A DNA stretch of 64,000 bases from Tubulanus polymorphus (Eukaryota; Animalia; Nemertea), in assembly GCF_964204645.1 (NCBI RefSeq), contig NC_134031.1, positions 6,448,001 through 6,512,000 on the forward strand, given 5' to 3'. Every line of letters begins with the position of its first letter. Position 1 is the stretch's first letter. Made by a program: the position numbers and the translations under genes. Positions 48,140 through 60,300 of this stretch are shown here, in pieces. The notes below the pieces were generated by a model. It was given only the letters and a program-made list of their open reading frames with translations. It had not been told where the DNA came from and searched no databases.

Positions 48140-50464
48140 CCACGGGGACAAAACCAAAATTATGAATTGTCGCGGGTGACAAAACCAAAATATTGAATTG
48201 TCACGGGCGACAAAACAAAAATAATGAATTGTCGAGGGCGATAAAACCAAAATAATGAATTGTCGCGGGCGATAAAACCACAATAATGAATTGTCGCGGG
48301 CGTTAAAACCAAAATATTGAATTGTCGCGGCAATAAAACCAAAATAATGAATAGTCACGGACGACAAAAACAAAATATTGAATTGTTGCGTGCGACAAAA
48401 CCAGAATAATGAATTGTCGCGGGCGACAAAACCAAACTAGGCGTCCAGGGACACCATGCTCACTTGGGAAGTGGTTTCAAATGCTCAACAATCTAACAAT
48501 TTCAATACACAACGCCCTCTAGTGACCATATACAAAAACCAATGACCTTGAAACCCACCACAATTATAGAACATGTGAGCAGCTATGATTTTGTAATTGA
48601 TTGTGATAACAAAATATGCCTCGTTACCAATTTAATATGGAAATACTAAGTTATTCTACTTTTCAACGCCCCTGGTGACCATATGCAAAACCCAATGACC
48701 TTAGAACTCACCACAATTGTAGTACATGTCATGAAATACAACTTTGCAATTGATCATAGTAACAAAATATGCCTAGGTACCAATCTAATAAGGAAATACT
48801 AAGCCATTCTACTATTCAACGCCCCCTGGTGACTATATGGAATAACTAATGTCCTTAAAAACTCACCACAATCATAGACGATGTCATGATCTACAACTTT
48901 GCAATGGATCATGGTAACAAACTATGCCTAGGTACCAATCTAATAAGGAAAAACTGAGCTTTTCTACTATTCAACGCCCCCTGGTGACTATATGGAATAA
49001 CTAATGTCCTTAAAAACTCACCACAATCATAGACGATGTCATGAACTACAACTTTGCAATTGATCATGGTAACAAAATATGCCTTGGTACAAATATAATA
49101 TAGCAATACTAAGTTATTGTATTATTCAACGCCCCCTGATGGCCACATACAAAAACCAATGACCTTGAAACTCACCAAAATCATAGAACACGTTATGGGC
49201 TACAACTTTCCAATTGAATATAGTAACACAATATGCTTAGGTATCAATTTAATGTGGAAAAACTTTTTCCCACCTACGAATGAGTACTGATGACACCAAG
49301 ATGGCCGCCAATTGCGTCATAATTGGCTGATCAAAAATACCTGTTCCAGGTTTATAACATCCCTCTCTAAAGAATACCCATCAGCAATTGCAATGAGAAA
49401 TGGCAAACCAGTAGGAAGCTACAGGACCTAGAATTCTGGCCAAAATTGACATTTTTGGGCACTAAAAAGGTCATAGGACGGCCATCTTGAGTCAGATCGA
49501 CCCAATTTTCTTATGCTGATGGGCCTTTGGTAGATTCAAATATAAACGAAAGATCAAGGTAATTGATCAAAGCGTCTTCAAAATTTCCCACGAAAACTTC
49601 GAAAATGTTTAAAAAAGGCTGATTTTAGCAAACAACAATGGCTGCCAGTCTGCCATCTTGAATCTGACAGGGCCAGTTTTTGGGCTGACGATGTGTCTAG
49701 GGTAGATACATGTATAAACCAAATATCAAGACATTACTTTGAAGCGTCTTCAAAACTTCCCAAAATAACTGGATTCCGTCTATGGACGGACGGACGGACG
49801 GACGAAAAGTGAACGCAATAGTCCGCTGGGACTAAAGTCCCAAGTGGACTGAAAAAGAATTGTCGCGGGCGACAAAACCAAACTAATGAATTGTCGCGGG
49901 TGATAAAACCAAAATATTGAATTGTCGCGGGCGACAAAACCAAACTAATGAATTGTCGCGGGCGATAAAACCAAACTAATGAATTGTCGCGGGTGATAAA
50001 ACCAAAATATTGAACTGTCGCGGGCGACAAAACCAAACTAATGAATTGTCGCGGGTGATAAAACCAAAATATTGAATTGTCGCGGGCGACAAAACCAAAT
50101 TAATGAATTGTCGCGGGCGATAAAACCAAACTAATGAATTGTCGCGGGCGATAAAACCAAAATAATGAATTGTCTCGGGCGATAAATCCAAAATAATGAA
50201 TTGTCGCGGGTGACAAAACCAAAATAATGAATTGTCGCGGGAGATAAAACCAAAATAATGAATGGTCTCGGGCGACAAAACCAAAATATTGAATTGTCGC
50301 GGGCGACAAAACCAAAAAAAGAATGGTCGGGGCGATAAAACCAAAATATTGAATTTTCTCAGGCGACAAAACCAAAATAATGAATTATCGCGGGCGATAA
50401 AACCAAAATACGTAATGAATTGTCGCGGGCGACAAAATCAAAATCATTGTTTTCTCGCGTTATT
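48140..50464 (-). repeat. 31-bp satellite, left arm (interrupted at ~48437-49852)
   Basis: Reverse complement of ttt(g/a)tcgcccgcgacaattcattattttggt in tandem. Confidence 0.95.
48437..49852 (+). mobile_element. Non-autonomous Helentron/HINE-like element with internal ~154-bp tandem array
   Basis: Sits inside the satellite; five ~154-bp units (48511, 48665, 48818, 48973, 49128); (GACG)n and terminal hairpin agtcc..gggact..agtccc..ggact at the right end. Confidence 0.65.
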
Positions 50465-50612
50465 AGGGTTTTCTGTTATTTCACAGAAAACCCTATTGAT
50501 ATCCGCGTGATTATTAGGGTTTTCTGTTATTTCACAGAAAACCTTATTGATATCCGAGTGATTATTAGGGTTTTCTGTTATTTCACAGAAAACCCTATTG
50601 ATATCCGCGTGA
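50460..50612 (+). repeat. 51-bp hairpin-containing tandem repeat x3 (Helentron/DINE terminus-like)
   Basis: ttattagggttttctgttatttcacagaaaaccctattgatatccgcgtga at 50460, 50511, 50562, followed by (ATT)n. Confidence 0.8.
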
Positions 50613-51643
50613 TTATTATTATTATTATTTTCTTCCACACTATTTTTACCAAAAGAACATAGGCTTTGTTACCTTACCGCTGTTTCATATACAATCCATA
50701 TAATATCGTTCAGCTCACTGAGATCTACAAATAGCCCGCGTGTTTTTTCACGAATCATCGTTACAAAAGCGCTGTCGGGCTGTAAACATCGAAAATTTAG
50801 CCCCATTCAATGGGGCGACATGTTTTTCGAGTCGTCATCCCGAAATCAACCCGCAGGCCGACTGTCACTTCGATTATCAATTCAAGTATAAATGAACTAA
50901 TTTATTGCCGCAGACTTCACATTCAGTCGCGGTCTTCAAACAGTGATTTTAACAATAGCCCATTTTCCTCATCAAATCATATTACCGATACACTGGAAAT
51001 TTACTACTTTAGATTTTAAAAGCACTGTCGAGCCTTAAACATCGACGAATCGACGTGTGTTACTACATCGACGTTCCGGGGATGAGCTGCGAGTTTCTCC
51101 TCATCATGAGAATCAAATCGAGTACAAATTAATTTATTACTACCAGTGATTTGGCTGCGGGTTTCAAGGAGTTAGTTTAACAATACCTATTTTTCTTTAC
51201 CGAATTAACTGTGTATTTACTAAGATAAATCTTTAGTGTACCGGGGAATCGTAGGCCTAAACTAAACAGGCCGAAGAGATATGGCGGAGAAAAGCTGTTA
51301 TGTCGACGAGGTATCAAAATAAAACAATATATTACTTTATTCGGCCGCGGGCTTCAACCATTTATCAATACTCTATTTTTCCTACAGTAAATACCGATCA
51401 TTGTCATATGCACAAGGTATTTACTAAATACAAGTATATAACACACTCCTATCCGTATGCTGGACTCACACTTGACATTCGGAGTAATCGTTCGCTGTGA
51501 AGGAAAGGAGATCGTTCGCTGTGTCGCTTGAAGTGTTTATCGAGTTTTACGCGACCTTAAGGCTTTAGTATGGTGGCTGATAAGATAAAAAAAAACACGA
51601 ATATGCAAATGAGGGCGACATTACAACAAAACGACAAAACTAA

Positions 51644-53735
51644 AATAACGCGAGAAAACAATGATTTTGATTTTGTCGCCCGCGACGATTCATTATTTTG
51701 GTTTTGTCACACGCGACAATTCAATATTTTGTTTTTATCGCCCGCGACAATTCATTATTTTGGTTTTGTCGCCCGCGAAAATTCAATATTTTGGTTTTAT
51801 CGCCCACGATTATACACTACTTTGGTTTTATCGCCAGCGACAATTCATTATTTTGGTTTTGTCGCCCGCGACAATTCTTCTTTTGTGTTTTGTCGCCCGC
51901 GACTATTCATTATTTTGGTTTTATATTTTGTTTTTGTCGCCCGCGACAATTTTTTTTTTGGTTTTGTCGCCCGCGACAATTCAATATTTTGGTTTTATCG
52001 CCCGCGACAATTCAATATTTTGGTTTTATCGCCCGCGATAATTCATTATTTTGGTTTTGTCGCCCGAGACAATTCATTATTTTGGTTTTATCGCCCGCGA
52101 CAATTCAATATTTTGGTTTTATCGCCCGCGATAATTCATTATTTTGGTTTTGTCGCCCGAGACAATTCATTATTTTGGTTTTATCGCCAGCGACAATTCA
52201 TTATTACGGTTTTATCGCCCGCGACAATTCATTATTTTGGTTTTGTCGCCCGAGACAATTCACCATTTTGGTTTTATCGCCCGCGACAATTCATTATTTT
52301 GGTTTTACCGCCTGCGACAATCCATTATTTTGGTTTTGTCGCCTGAGACAATTCACCATTTTGGTTTTGTCGCCCGCGACAATTCACCATTATGGTTTTG
52401 TCACCCGCGACAATTCATTATTTTGGTTTTATCGTCCGCGACAATTCATAATTTTGGTTTAATCGCCCGCGACAATTCATTATTTTGGTTTTGTCGCCCC
52501 GACAATTCTTTTTTTGGTTTTGTCGCCCGCGACAATTCATTAGTTTGGTTTTGTCGCCCGCGACAATTCGATATTTTGGTTTTGTCGCCTGCGACATTTC
52601 ATTACTTTGGTTTTATCTCCAGCGACAATTCATTATTTTGGTTTTGTCGCCCGCGACAATTCATTATTTTGGTTTTATATTTTGTTTTAGTCGCCTGCGA
52701 CAATTTTTTTTTGGTTTTGTCGCCCGCGACAATTCAATATTTTGGTTTTGTGGCCCGCGACAATTCATTATTTTGGTTTAATCGCCCGCGACAATTCAAT
52801 ATTTTGTTTTTATCGCCCGCGATAATTCATTATTTTGGTTTTATCGCCCGCGACAATTCATAGTTTGGTTTTATCGCCCGCGACAATTCATTAGTTTGGT
52901 TTTGTCGCCCGCGACAATTCAATATTTTGGTTTTATCACCCGCGACAATTCATTATTTTGGTTTTATCGCCCGCGACAATTCATTATTTTGGTTTTATCG
53001 CCAGCGACAATTCATTATTTTGGTTTTATCGCCAGCGACAATTCATTATTTTGGTTTTATCGCCCGCGACAATTCATTATTTTGGTTTTATCGTCCGCAA
53101 CAATTCATTATTTTGGTTTTATCGCCAGCGGACAATTCATTATTTTGGTTTTATCGCCAGCGACAATTCATTATTTTGGTTTTATCGCCAGCGACAATTC
53201 ATTATTTTGGTTTTATCGCCTGCGACAATTCAATATTTTTGTTTTATCGCCTGCGACACTTCATTATTTTGGTTTATCGCCAGCGACAATTCATTATTTT
53301 GGTTTTATCGCCCGCGACAATTCATTATTTTGGTTTTATCGCCCGCGACAATTCATTATTTTGGTTTTGTCCCACGCGACAATTCAATATTTTGGTTTTA
53401 TCGCCTGTGACAATTCAATATTTTGGTTTTATCGCCAGCGACAATTGATTATTTTGGTTTATCGCCCGCGACAATTAATTTTTCAGGTTTTGTCGCCCGC
53501 GACAATTCATTGTTTTGGTTTTGTCACACGCGACAATTCATTATTTTGGTTTTATCGCCCACGACAATTTTTTTTTTGGTCGCGGTTTTATCGCCTGCGA
53601 CACTTCAATATTTTGGTTTTATCACCTGCGACAATTCAATATTTTGGTTTTATCGCCTGCGACAATTCAATATTTTGGTTTTGTCCCACGCGACAATTCA
53701 ATATTTTGGTTTTATCGCCAGCGACAATTGATTAT
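51644..53735 (+). repeat. 31-bp satellite, right arm, roughly 65 copies
   Basis: Unit tttt(g/a)tcgcccgcgacaattcattattttgg; explains the repetitive ORFs in all three frames. Confidence 0.97.
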
Positions 53736-56700
53736 TAACGCAGTCTCAAATGTTTTGTGACTTTTTCAAAATGCATCAAAAATTTAACTAATTTTTAGTT
53801 CATAAGTCCTCAAATATTCATAAATGAACAGTTAAAAATTGTTGAAACATGTCGACTCTGCCGTAAAATCAACCTATTAACAGTCCGGAATTTGGGATAA
53901 TATCGGGCTTTAGAGAACATAATGCCCCCGAGGTCTTCACATTTACAGAAAAGATTACGTAAGTGATTCACGCGCAGCTCGCGATAGGCGCACAATAGAA
54001 ATCTGAGCCGCGCGTTCTTTGAGTGTCACCAATTAAGAGGACCGCTATTGTGAAAATTGACTTTGGGAGGAATATTCCTCCCAAGGTCAAACGAAGAGAA
54101 TTTGACCTTCAGGTCTGATATTCAAAGTATCGACGTCGGGAGGATTGTTCCTCCCTATGTCAAACCATAGACGTATAATCTAGTTTATACATCCATGGTC
54201 AAACGAAGGAAAATGGACCTGGTCTGATATTCGAAATATTGTCATTTGTCAACTGAAGGAAAACGAACCCGAGTCTTAGATTCAAAGTATATTGATTTAG
54301 GGAGGAATTTTTCCTCCCACCACTAAATGCTGTAACCTGAAATTTTAGAAAGATAGGTGTTTTGGGTGTAATTAGTTTTTTTAAAGCCATCAAGCCGGTA
54401 GATTTATGAATTTCGAGTGATACGATACACAGTGTTCGAGGTAATGAGACGGTATGAGACATAGGCCTACATACAATTTTAGAAAACTGAATAGATTTTG
54501 TATTTTCTTTGTCTAACAGTAAATTGCTATAACTTTGTTGACAATCAACTGTAATCAGATTGTAATCAGGCCCTTCTCGATAAACATGTAGAGGGGAAAT
54601 CGTAATTAAAACACGTGCATAACATAGAAATTAAGTTTTGATTATACAGGGAATATATTAGGACTGCTTACAAATTTTCACTAGACTGCGATAAATCTAA
54701 ATAGCTTAATACAGCACGAGTTTAGCTAATTTACGGGTTTAAAGGTTCATTTTCAGAGTCAATGGACGTAATTTGATAAATGCATTCTTTAAATGGAAAT
54801 TCTATAGTAATCGATACAAATCATTTATATTAAGTGTTTTGTGTTAATTAAGAATGGTCATTCAAGGATTAAAGATCGTTATGAAGCTGATACATTTCAT
54901 TCGTGTGGATTCTTCTCTCATCACTAGTGTTAATAGGAGATTCGCGTGTCACGCATGATAAAAAAAAATTATTCGAGTCGTATTTCTTTCACTTACGGTC
55001 GCAAATTAGCCATCGTCCTAGTGAGCATTATTCTCATTCATACGTGAAAGTGTATTCGGGATGAGGGTTTGTTTCTTTCTTCACTCCTTTATATACAATT
55101 CAGAAATAGGAGTTGATAAGGAGGTTTTTACTCTTAACCGAACTCAGTTCCCATTCAGTTCAGTTCAAGTTTATATGCATGGATATCTATGAAATAAGGG
55201 AAAATACAATCCAGCCTACTAGCCACTGAACGTTAGCTCCCAGAAAACGTCAGGAATTTGCAGAGAGAAAACATTATGTTACAAAAATATCGGATAAAAT
55301 TCATTCTAAACATGCGTTACTATGCCCAGAACTCCAGATATCGGGATGTTATGTCTAAGGCAGATTTCTCCCTTTGTGACACAACCATTTAATTACTCAT
55401 GTGACCATTATGTTTAAACACCTCTCACAATCAAGCTTAAGATTAAGTGGCCTGCGGTATGAATGATTTAGTATTGATTCATATAGGAAGCATTATAGTC
55501 TTTACATTGAAATTAGTTGATAGAATGCATCTTACTTTTTCTCGACTTAAAAATTATTATTTGATCGACATACCACGGATTCGGAAACTAGTTGATTAAA
55601 AGCACAAACGCATATAGTCGCTATCCTGGTAATTAAATCGACTTAAAAATTGATTGATTGTTATTGAAATGATTAAAGTTGAAAATGAAAATCAACGTTT
55701 TTATGAGATATATGTTTCGTTGTTCGTGATATTCAGCATACACCAATGTCCAGTAAAATTTAACAATTCAAAGTTACTACAAAACTTGCAAATTCTAATG
55801 TTTATTTAGCGGCAATTTTCCCCCTGCCATTTTCCAACGTTTATCCAAAGATTGAAATACTTCATTAATACTAAACTAATACTAAAAGTTATCGCACTGG
55901 TAAAATAATATTTCAAATTTCAAACAGTATTTCCAAGATATTTCAAATAAAAAGTTTCAATAATTTATCGCATCGCACAGCAAAATCCGTGAAATACATT
56001 TTTGATTTACGGGTGCCTCATAGGCCTGTCATCGCTTGTACAATGAATTCTCTTAAATTGAGCAATATTTACTTAGGACTTAATCACTGACTTTCTATAG
56101 ATAATGAGCTATACAAAGCCTAAACCGATAAAATTCAGTGGCTTGTTATTGTCAGCTTGCTTGTATACCAAGCTTCGCTAACATAAACGATGATGTTGCC
56201 CTTTTAACTGAAATCTTGACGTATCAAACCATAAATAAATAAAACTGCAAAAATTGCTTCAATCGTTTTTATGCATGAGGAATCGATCTTGATTTGAAAG
56301 GCACTTGTTGACGTGTGGGGAAAAATTGAAAATTTTCACAGAAATCCTTTAAAACGATTCCAGTTATTTTGGAATACAAACGAAAACATACCAGCGGCAG
56401 CAAATCATAAGCTCTTTAATGGGTCTTCTTAGGGGATTTTTACCGGGGAATTTCGACCATTACCGTGTAGACGAGCCGGTAACAAAAACCTTTGGAAACA
56501 ACAAATTATTCGCTTGTATGAATTTACGCCACTTTTGATAGGATTGCCTAATCAAATATTTCAATCATGAAGATGGCGAGTTGACTGAGCCCGAGGCGCA
56601 AGTCGATAGTAGTTACATAGAAACAACAAACATAATGTATTTTCCTTAAAAGTGTTTCATCTATAGAGATTTAATACAACTTGTCAACAGTTCAATTTCT

Positions 56701-57067
56701 ATAATGCGATGACCTATGTATGAAAATATGTTTTCTGTTTGTTTTACGCGTGATCCAGGGGGATAATACCTTCGCCCAAACGTTCTACACACACATGATA
56801 CAGTTTAATGAATCCGAAATATATCCAGGCCTAGAGTTCATGCTGAAGGATAAAGACTAAGAATATAATTGCATAGCAATATAAGAATAGCAATATAATT
56901 TTTAGAAAGAGATTTTTGTCCACTGAAGTTTAGAATAGCACGCCGGACTCTTTGTTAGGATCGACCACAGTTCTATAGTGAATTGATTACAAGTAGTTAA
57001 TTTAGCAAAACAAAGTAAATTGTTCATTACAGTGCATTGCTAAGGGTTAGTTGCAAAAAACCCCAGA

Positions 57068-57180
57068 ATGTTGGAAAAATGGCCAAGGAAAAATGGCCAG
57101 GAAAGAATGGCCAAGGAAAAAATGGCCAAGGTAATTTGTCTAGGAAAAAATGGCCACGGAAAAAAAGGCCAAGGAAAATT
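57068..57180 (+). repeat. Short ~15-16 bp tandem repeat (ggccaaggaaaaaat), probable transposon subterminal region
   Basis: About 6 degenerate copies. Confidence 0.7.
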
Positions 57181-57304
57181 TATGAGAACTACTGCCAATG
57201 TTAATAAAACATAAAGCTTTCAATATAATGACATCACATATTTTTCATGGGGCTTAAAACAATTAAAATCGGTATTAATGAGTTCAGAAATGTGATGAAC
57301 TTAC

Positions 57305-60300
57305 ATTTCATTTCATTGCATATAATGAATATATCAAGAACATTTTCAAGAAGCTGCTCCGTTGCGATATAACAACCTGTCCTTCCAGCACCAGCACTGA
57401 GAACACAAAACAAGCCATAACATTTCTACACGTCTCCTTAACGGTAAAGGACTGGAAGATTTCAAATTAATTTACCTGCCATGAATCAGCACAAGTCCCT
57501 GGTCCGGGTCGGTAAGACGCTGTTTGATGAACTGTTGCATGCGAACAACAGATAAAGCCGGGAACGGTACACCATGATCCGGCCATCCTCGATAGTGAAA
57601 CACTGATAGATTATGTGCTTGTTTGTGGCCACGCTATAAAATAAATGAAACGTTACTCATCGGGAAAGATAAATCATTCGTAATACTGATGTGATACAAG
57701 GTATTGAAATAGAGCCTCGTCAGCATGTTGTCAAAATCAATATCTGAACCAAGCTTGTATAGATAGCAGAAATACCAACACCTTAGGCCACTCAGGTTAA
57801 AGCAATGGCATGATCATTACCTTTGTAATCGACAAGAAATGCACGGCAGCCGGTTCAGTGTGTGTTTCCATTTTCTTTGCAACTTTTACTGTTATATCTC
57901 CATATCGACCTTTCGTGTTCAGTTTTGTTGGCCAATATAAATGGCACTTCACCTGCAAGATAAAAATCAAAAGTACTTATTTTTCTACATTTTGCCTGTT
58001 TACGCTTCAGCATCTTAGAGTTTATTTGCAACCTTCTTATCTTTGCCTTGTCCTTCAGTCAGATCAGTAAGTACAATGATAGCCGGACATTTCTCTTGCC
58101 AAATCATCCGCCAATGGTCATTGATTGTAGATGGCAATGGAGCTGAAAGAGCAAGTTAGATGAGTGAGCGCACAAGTAACACGAAACAATAATTGAACCA
58201 TGAGACTTACCCTGGCAAGCAATACATATCACGTGACCAGTTAGTCCCTGAAAATTAAAATCAGAATTTCTGTTTATATACAATAGGAGGACATGGCAAC
58301 ATTTTCAAGAGCAGTGTGGGATTGATTTATCACCCGAATATAATTGGCATTGATGTAATCTGATGTTGGATCTTCACCGGTTTGTTCCAGAACAACTCTA
58401 GTCGAATCATCTAAAAAAACAACACAGCTCAGTCAATAGAACGACAAAAAGTTATAGAAATAATTCTTGTATGTTCTTTTAAATGCGATAGAACGTATGT
58501 GGACATGATGAACAGCTAATACTTACAGGCCAAAATGTTTGGAAACCTGTTTTTCTCAAGATTGTCCACTTTCTCAGCGCAGGCGCTCAATCCTCGTCTC
58601 AACTTAAGAACACTCTAAAGACAAAATAGATCCAAAAATAATCAAATGTCTTACCAACGCGCAGTCCCAACCTCCCTACAATTCTACCTGGAATTCTTCA
58701 TTCATATTCTTCCACTCATCAAAGCTTTTCATCAAAGTGTCTCCCAACAGGTCACAAATCATAGTAGCGCCTTTAGAAGCGATTTCGTAATGATGATCCT
58801 CACCATCTTGCGTTTCATCTACAGCATTCGGATCGTCATAGATATTGAAATACGCGGAGCTTTCTATATAGACAGGAATCATAGTGTTAAAACATTATTA
58901 GGCTTCAACTTTCCAAAACCTCACGGTCTTTAGACAAACCTCTTGAAAATGCAGCATTTGCACTAGCTGTATTTTCTTGTCTCGATGATTTAAGACAATT
59001 CACATAAACAGCCTCTGCTTCTTCTCTCGCCAAAGGTATTTCAATACGTTTATCGGAAGGTGAAATATTCCCCATGGATACATCTGCATTGTTCGATGTT
59101 TGTTTAGTTTTGAATCCACCGCGTCTGAAAAGTTAAAGCGTCCATATAGTGGGTAACTGAATGAGGGGGAACCTTTGTGAGAATAAGGACATTGGGCGAT
59201 TGTCAAATGATTTGCATTGGACTATAGAGGTCGCCACTATTCGCTCGTACCTCCAAACAATATATAGAGCAACAGCAACCAATAACAGTATTAGAACAAC
59301 TGTCACAACGCCACCTATTATCCCTGCCTTACTAGACGGTGCATTAACAGTGATTCTCTCTTGCTGTTGTTCTATTGGCGGATAATGCCGAAACGTTTCC
59401 TGAAAAATCAAAAAGAAATGGCTGGAATCACCTCCAAATTGTAAAATCCAATTTTCATTAAAACACATGAACTCACTCCGTTATAATTGACAACGATTCC
59501 TAAAATAAAACTGTAAGATTTCCCAGTTTCTAGAGGAGCATTAAAGCAACCACTATAGTTACGTGTATCACCAACTGTAAACTCAGAGGGCACTTCCGGT
59601 GGTAGAACTGCAGTAATATAAACTGATAATCCTCGCTGTTTAGCTTCTCCGTACGAGACGTACTGTGATTGGTTGACTGCACGCTTCCGGCGACGGTTGA
59701 TTGGTCCATCGTGTTTCTTCACGATCACCTCGTAATCGCTGAAAATCAGAGAATATCCAGTTTAAAAAAATCATGCGTTATTTATGGATAAATGTATGGA
59801 CGACACTTACGTGATGTCACCACTGTTATTAACACGTGGTATTTGAAGTGCAACAGTCGTGTCTGTTACCGCTGTCTTCTTGACAACCAGTTGAGGAATG
59901 GTTATTTTACCTGAAATATCGGTACAGACAATGTTGACATCGATGACATCAGTGGAAATTTGAGGTCGTTGTGGTCAAATTACAAACCTGTCCAAAAGCT
60001 TACGCTGGCAGGCGACCCTTCACCTTTTCTATTCCAGGCATAAATTGAACATTTATATTTAGTAAAAGGTATCAGTGACGTTGTCATGTCTAAAGTTGTG
60101 GTGGAGCCTTCGATTTTAGGTTTATTGATTGTTTTTATGTCTGATAAAGGTGTTGTGGAGGTTGTACTAATGGGTTCACACGTGAGCTGAAAATAGATAG
60201 GAGACACGTTACAGTATGGCGCGGGTGGTGCCCTCTACTGGTTAGGACAAGAGAATTCCTACCCGATAATTGATGACATCACAATTTGGGCTGTTTGGTG

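Noticed and set aside
51644-53735. Palindromic ~31-bp repeats resembling a CRISPR array; long ORFs in all frames
   Set aside because: Units are head-to-tail with no unique spacers, no cas genes, eukaryotic context; ORFs are translations of the satellite.
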